From Lophium mytilinum (lineage: Eukaryota), in the NCBI GenBank assembly GCA_010093605.1, contig MU004181.1, forward strand, positions 1,798,001 to 1,862,000: a DNA stretch of 64,000 nt, read 5' to 3'. The notes below the pieces were generated by a model, which was not told the DNA's origin, ran no database searches, and saw only the letters and a list, made by a program, of their open reading frames with translations. The translations under genes and the position numbers were made by a program. Shown in pieces: positions 59,480-64,000 of this stretch; within the stretch, counting starts at the first letter, position 1; each line of letters begins with the position of its first letter.

Positions 59480-62176
59480 TACATGCGGTCGGTTCTGGTC
59501 TGGAGAACCCGGTCGAGCCGGGCGCGTGGCATGCGTGAAACGCGCTGCAGATATCGATTTAGAAGAATGCTCCGATCGAGGATCGAAGGGTGAAAGGTGC
59601 CAGCGCAGAGCAGGGGGTCAAATTGGAGGGTGGCGCAGGACACGGAAGAGGGCTATTGGGATGGTCGTGGAGGACAAGGGCGGCGCTGATATTGGCACGG
59701 GGAGGGATTGTGAATTGGGGGCGACAACGCCGGCACCCGGCATGACCGACGATGGCAAGAGCAAGAACAGAGGCAAAGAAGAGCGCTTCGAGAGAATGCC
59801 AATTGCCAATGTTATTGGCAGTGAGTTATGAAACAGCGTTGTGACTGTCTGAAAGAATACGTGAGATGCCTATTGGTGAGGCGCAGGTGGAAGCAGCCAT
59901 TGGGCGGCTCTCCCTACAGACAACAAAGATATCACACCGCTCCAGAGTCAGCTGACGACGATGTGCTCCCTTCCTTACCACAGCAGAACCAGGCGATGCC
60001 GGGCGCGACAGGATCCCAAGGGGGGCGTTTTCATGCGATTGGGTGGCGGGGCGTGCTTGACTTGAGGAGATTGTGGGGAGCCCGGGGCCTGATTCGCGCG
60101 CACAAGGCTCAGGGGCGCCCAGCTTGCGCTTCTGTCTCTCTTCTGGAAGCCTCGGATGAGGGGTCACCGTCGGGCGTGCGCTGTGATTGTTCACTGAGCG
60201 CTGAGGCACGCGACTGGGTGCATATCGGTGCTGCTGCAGCCGGATGTCTGGCTCTCAGCGGTCGCACAGCACGCAGCACCGCCAGAGATCTCTCTCCGGC
60301 AGCGTGCAGCATCGCAGCTCGGGATCCCCTTTTTGCCCTTGACAGGAAATACGAGAGCTCGTGGCCGGCGGCGTCGTTACTGATGGGCAGATGGGCGCCA
60401 AAGGGCCGAAGAAGGCGCGGCGGCATCCCACCCCTTCCCACCACCCCCGGGAACGGATTCAGACGGCACACGAGCGATCGCGTGGGATGGACAGGGCTGC
60501 CATGGAGATCATCGAGCTAAACCAAACGGGTGGATGTTTCAGGCCAGTGTGCCAGGGCGGTGATGACGAGGTGTCGCTAAGCCGGCCACGTGTGGAATTG
60601 GGCTCCCTGGACTCCCTGGACTGTTGCGGCTGCCGAAGGCCGACGGTATTGGCACTGGACGACTATTGTTAGGACTGGAGAATGCGGTGGAGCCAGGTCG
60701 CATCTCGTTGTGTAGCGGTGTACTGCATTCCGCTGGTGAATACGTGGTGCTGGGGGTGATCTGGCAGTCGAGCACGGCCCGGTGCTCCTTCTGTCCCGAA
60801 GCTGGCGAGGTGGAGATGGTCCGGCAGCAAGGCTGAGGAGCCTGAGCTCAGAGCCCCAATCTCACGGCAGCAGGCCTCCCCCCCGCTGCCTGGCCAGCCC
60901 TGCGAGTGCTGCGAGTGCTGCGAGTCGCGAGGTGCCGGAAGCGTCGGCGGAGGAGAAAGTTGCTCGTTGAGGCGCCGTCTGGCCAATCGCGCACACTGCT
61001 CCGGCCTCGACGTGCGACCTGTCACTTTCCAGGCTCAGGCTGGCTGCGAGGCAGTGTGAGTCGACCGGCTCACCGATCAGTCGATGCTGCGGGCAGGCGG
61101 CCTCAGCTGGTGTTGTTTTGGGCGAGCCGCAGGCGATATCGCGGAGGCGATGGCGATGGGCTCTGCTCAGGCAGCGTGGCGCGTACGAGGTGTGGCAGTT
61201 GCGGTGGATCCCGAGGATTCGAGCATGACGTCTCTGGCCGTTGGACCGTGACTTCCCGCTGGTTTGAAACAAGCGTGTCTGCCCCTTTCGCGGGTCCCAG
61301 AGCGCTGGGTTGGCGTGGACGCCCAAGAATCGGCACGGGCAAGCCATGGCCAGCATCTCTTCAGCACACAGCGGGTCTCCTGCGACTGTCGGGCTGCTGC
61401 CCGCCCTCTCGTGCCCAGCGGTCGGCGTGGTGTGGTGGCCGGCGCAAGGTTGGACGAGGGATGAGTCGTCAGAGCAGCGGGCAGCGGGTATTCCGCCAGG
61501 GATGGGCTCGCAGCTAGGCCGGGGCCCGCTGCGTCGCCGTTGCCGTCTGGGGGGGCATTCGTACTCGCGGCTTGCTAGTCCTTTTTTTCCTCCCAACGCC
61601 CATATTCCCCAAGTACCTCGTACCTCCCGCGGTCCCAATGCGACTCACCTCTGCCTCACTCGACCGCGACGCACACGCTCTCTACGCCTATACCCGCCAG
61701 ACGCTGTGACAGCCCAAGACGGCGTGGCACTCTGCACTTCTGTTTCTTTGACAGCTGGCCCGGCGCTCGTCATCTCCCTCCTTCCCCACGCCCTGCATCG
61801 ACTGCATCGACTGCGCTGCCGCGTTGCCCGAACGAGCACCACTCACTGCGACTTTCCTGCACACCCTCGTCGTCCGAGCCCTGTCGACGCAAACAATCGC
61901 AGGACCCGGCGCATCGTCCATCTTGCCCATCCAGCTGACCGCCTGCATTGTTCCGCGCTTGAGGCGCGCAACTGCCACCGCGGCCCGCCGTCTGCCTTGT
62001 CTAGATCCGACGATGCTCCAGTAAACACACGCCTCGACACGATCCAGCCTGCAGCCGCCCTCTATAACCTCGTGCCCGCCCGACACCAGGCCCCGCGCCC
62101 CTAGAATCCCGTTTGCTCCCCAGGACCATGTCGTTATAGCAGCCGTCCCACTGAGGCCTTGCCTACGCTCACAGCT

Positions 62177-64000
62177 ATGAGTTCCCCGAGTCTCTCCGCA
62201 CGCTCCTCCGAGCTGCACCTCAATGGCGATACCCGCGCGACACGTCCGCGTATCCCCTCTCCCCAGCGTTCCTTTGGCCGCATGTCGTCAAAACACTTCA
62301 TCATCACCTCGATTCCCCTAACAGTCACACCCGCTTCTGCCATAAGCAACTCCTCCTCACGCAACAGCCCGGCCTCCACGCCCTCCCAAATGGCGGCCAA
62401 CAGCTCCCTCCAGTCCACGCCCGAGGGCCTGGTCCCGGTTTCCCAACCCCTCGCGACACCGGCGCCGCTATCCCTCGGAGAATCGTATATGCTTCCTCCA
62501 GCCTCGCCCTCCGCTATGGCCGTAGCCCTCGGCAAAGGGCCCAGCCTGATACGGAGGGTGTCCCGAGGAGCGCAAGGGATACCGAACCGGTTTCGACGGC
62601 ACGGTCACCGTGACAGCAGCTGTGGTCCCGTCATTATGCGGCGCCGTAGCGACAGCAGAGGCGTCGCGGACAACTACATGGACATTTCAGACCTCGAGCT
62701 CGGGGATCTAGATGACGAGGAGGCCGTCGAGGACCTTACACATTCCTCCCAGGACCCACACAACGCGCTTGGAATCACTGCTGGCCGGCCAAGCGTCACC
62801 TCGGCACCCGACCCAGGCGTCGTTGCCCCGATCCGCTCTTCCCTTCTGCAACAAGGTACGACACTCACCAAAGTGCACAAGGGGAAAGAAAAGAAAATCA
62901 AATTTCGAATGGACTTTGAGTCCGCAAAAGTTTGCTGGGATTCCGCGCGGTTGTCAAAACAATTCTACATCGATGATGTTCGAGACTTCCGCATTGGTAA
63001 GGAGGCCCGGAATTACCGCGAAGAAAACGGAATCGCCGAGAAGTACGAGCCCTTGTGGTTCACAATCATCTACTCAGACAGCAGATCAAAAACCCGGCCT
63101 CCCAAGCATCTGCACCTGATAGCGCCTACACCGGGCATCTTTGATCTGTGGATCAACACCCTGGAGTTGGTCTCGCGAAGTCGCCTCAACATGATGGCGG
63201 GGTTGGTTGACGCGACCGAGAAAAGTGCCAAGTCGTTCTGGCGACACGCGATGGATAAAAAGTTTGATAGGAGTGAGCACGCCGAGGAAGACGAGACCAT
63301 GGATTTGCAGGGGGTGTTGAAGCTTTGCCGAAGCCTGCACATCAACACTTCCGAGAACTCTATTCGTAGCCACTTCGACAAAGCCGTCAGTGAGAACTCG
63401 CGTGTTCTGACCCAAGCTCAATTCTTGATGTTTGTGAAAAGGCTCAAGGAGCGCCAAGATATTAAGAAAATCTACAAAGAGATCAAATCGAACAGCCCAA
63501 CTGGCCTCGTCGACAAAAGTGCATTTCTGGCCTTCTTAAAGCACTCTCAAGGAGTCGATGTGCAAGCTGACCTGGAACATTGGACCAACGTCTTCGAGAA
63601 GTACGCCCGCGCGTCGAAACCAAAGGCAACGGCATCACCACAGCTTAGCAGCGAGTCAATGTTTCTCACGATGAGTTCGCAAGCGTTCCAGGCCTTTCTC
63701 TCGTCCACTCACAATTCTACGTATGCGCCTGCTAGTCCGGAACCCAAGTTTGACCGTCCCCTCAATGAATACTTCATATCTAGCTCTCACAACACGTATC
63801 TGCTAGGTCGCCAAGTCGCTGGTGAGTCAAGCACTGAAGCGTACATCACTGCTCTTCAGAAAGGCTGCCGATGCATCGAGGTCGATTGCTGGGATGGTAG
63901 TGACGGCAAGCCCGTTGTTATGCACGGCCGCACCCTTACCAAAAGCATTCCCTTTCTTGATACTATCAAAGTCATCGCCAAGTATGCATTCGTTTCATCT
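62177..64000 (+). CDS. PLC1: Phosphoinositide-specific phospholipase C, 3' end outside window
   Basis: Open frame to the window end: PH-like region (WFTIIYS...LHLIA), EF-hand-like region, X domain RPLNEYFISSSHNTYLLGRQ...GCRCIEVDCWDG...HGRTLT. Confidence 0.92.
   Translation, partial: MSSPSLSARSSELHLNGDTRATRPRIPSPQRSFGRMSSKHFIITSIPLTVTPASAISNSSSRNSPASTPSQMAANSSLQSTPEGLVPVSQPLATPAPLSLGESYMLPPASPSAMAVALGKGPSLIRRVSRGAQGIPNRFRRHGHRDSSCGPVIMRRRSDSRGVADNYMDISDLELGDLDDEEAVEDLTHSSQDPHNALGITAGRPSVTSAPDPGVVAPIRSSLLQQGTTLTKVHKGKEKKIKFRMDFESAKVCWDSARLSKQFYIDDVRDFRIGKEARNYREENGIAEKYEPLWFTIIYSDSRSKTRPPKHLHLIAPTPGIFDLWINTLELVSRSRLNMMAGLVDATEKSAKSFWRHAMDKKFDRSEHAEEDETMDLQGVLKLCRSLHINTSENSIRSHFDKAVSENSRVLTQAQFLMFVKRLKERQDIKKIYKEIKSNSPTGLVDKSAFLAFLKHSQGVDVQADLEHWTNVFEKYARASKPKATASPQLSSESMFLTMSSQAFQAFLSSTHNSTYAPASPEPKFDRPLNEYFISSSHNTYLLGRQVAGESSTEAYITALQKGCRCIEVDCWDGSDGKPVVMHGRTLTKSIPFLDTIKVIAKYAFVSS

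Noticed and set aside
59828..62218. Several 170-264-aa ORFs on both strands
   Set aside because: Arg/Pro/Ala-rich products typical of GC-rich non-coding DNA; no motifs.
1..64000. tRNA, rRNA, CRISPR array, transposase, or a PLD-PLC / CAZyme / secondary-metabolite cluster
   Set aside because: GTTCGA-like hits lack cloverleaf context, no spaced repeats or DDE/RT motifs were seen, and the lipases and glycosidases are separated by unrelated housekeeping genes with no PKS/NRPS core.

Overview
Gene-dense, intron-containing genomic DNA from a filamentous ascomycete (Pezizomycotina), judged from short GT-AG introns with CTRAY branch sites and fungal gene families. About 20 conserved genes are recognisable: phospholipase D (5'-truncated), GCP6-like gamma-tubulin complex protein, EAF7, GH1, DUF1993, GH76, an Smr-domain protein, Mbp1/Res2, NDUFB7, a peroxisomal acyl-CoA ligase, GH20, DSBA-like protein, an NCS1 permease, a DUF3505-type regulator paired with an enoyl reductase, threonyl-tRNA synthetase, RVS167, NFS1, VPS23, a HAD-IIA hydrolase and phospholipase C (3'-truncated). 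The most interesting signals are not explained by the ORF track. (1) A candidate box C/D snoRNA in the long NFS1 intron has a 13-nt guide complementary to the 5' end of 18S rRNA. (2) Three tandem orphan genes (6.9-9.9 kb) share a TGAGTCA-TCCC-TATA promoter module and a PxIxIT-like peptide motif. (3) Two tandem paralogous ~108-aa genes (29.0-30.1 kb) are each split by a GC-AG intron at the same position; one is absent from the ORF track. (4) A 114-bp TA-flanked palindromic MITE sits at 59.4 kb. (5) A duplicated, decayed LRR + Zn-Cys module occupies 18.5-22.1 kb. (6) One gene has a REDIC1/C12orf40-like N-terminus. All calls come from reading the sequence by eye; no database searches were run. 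CDS coordinates span whole genes including introns.
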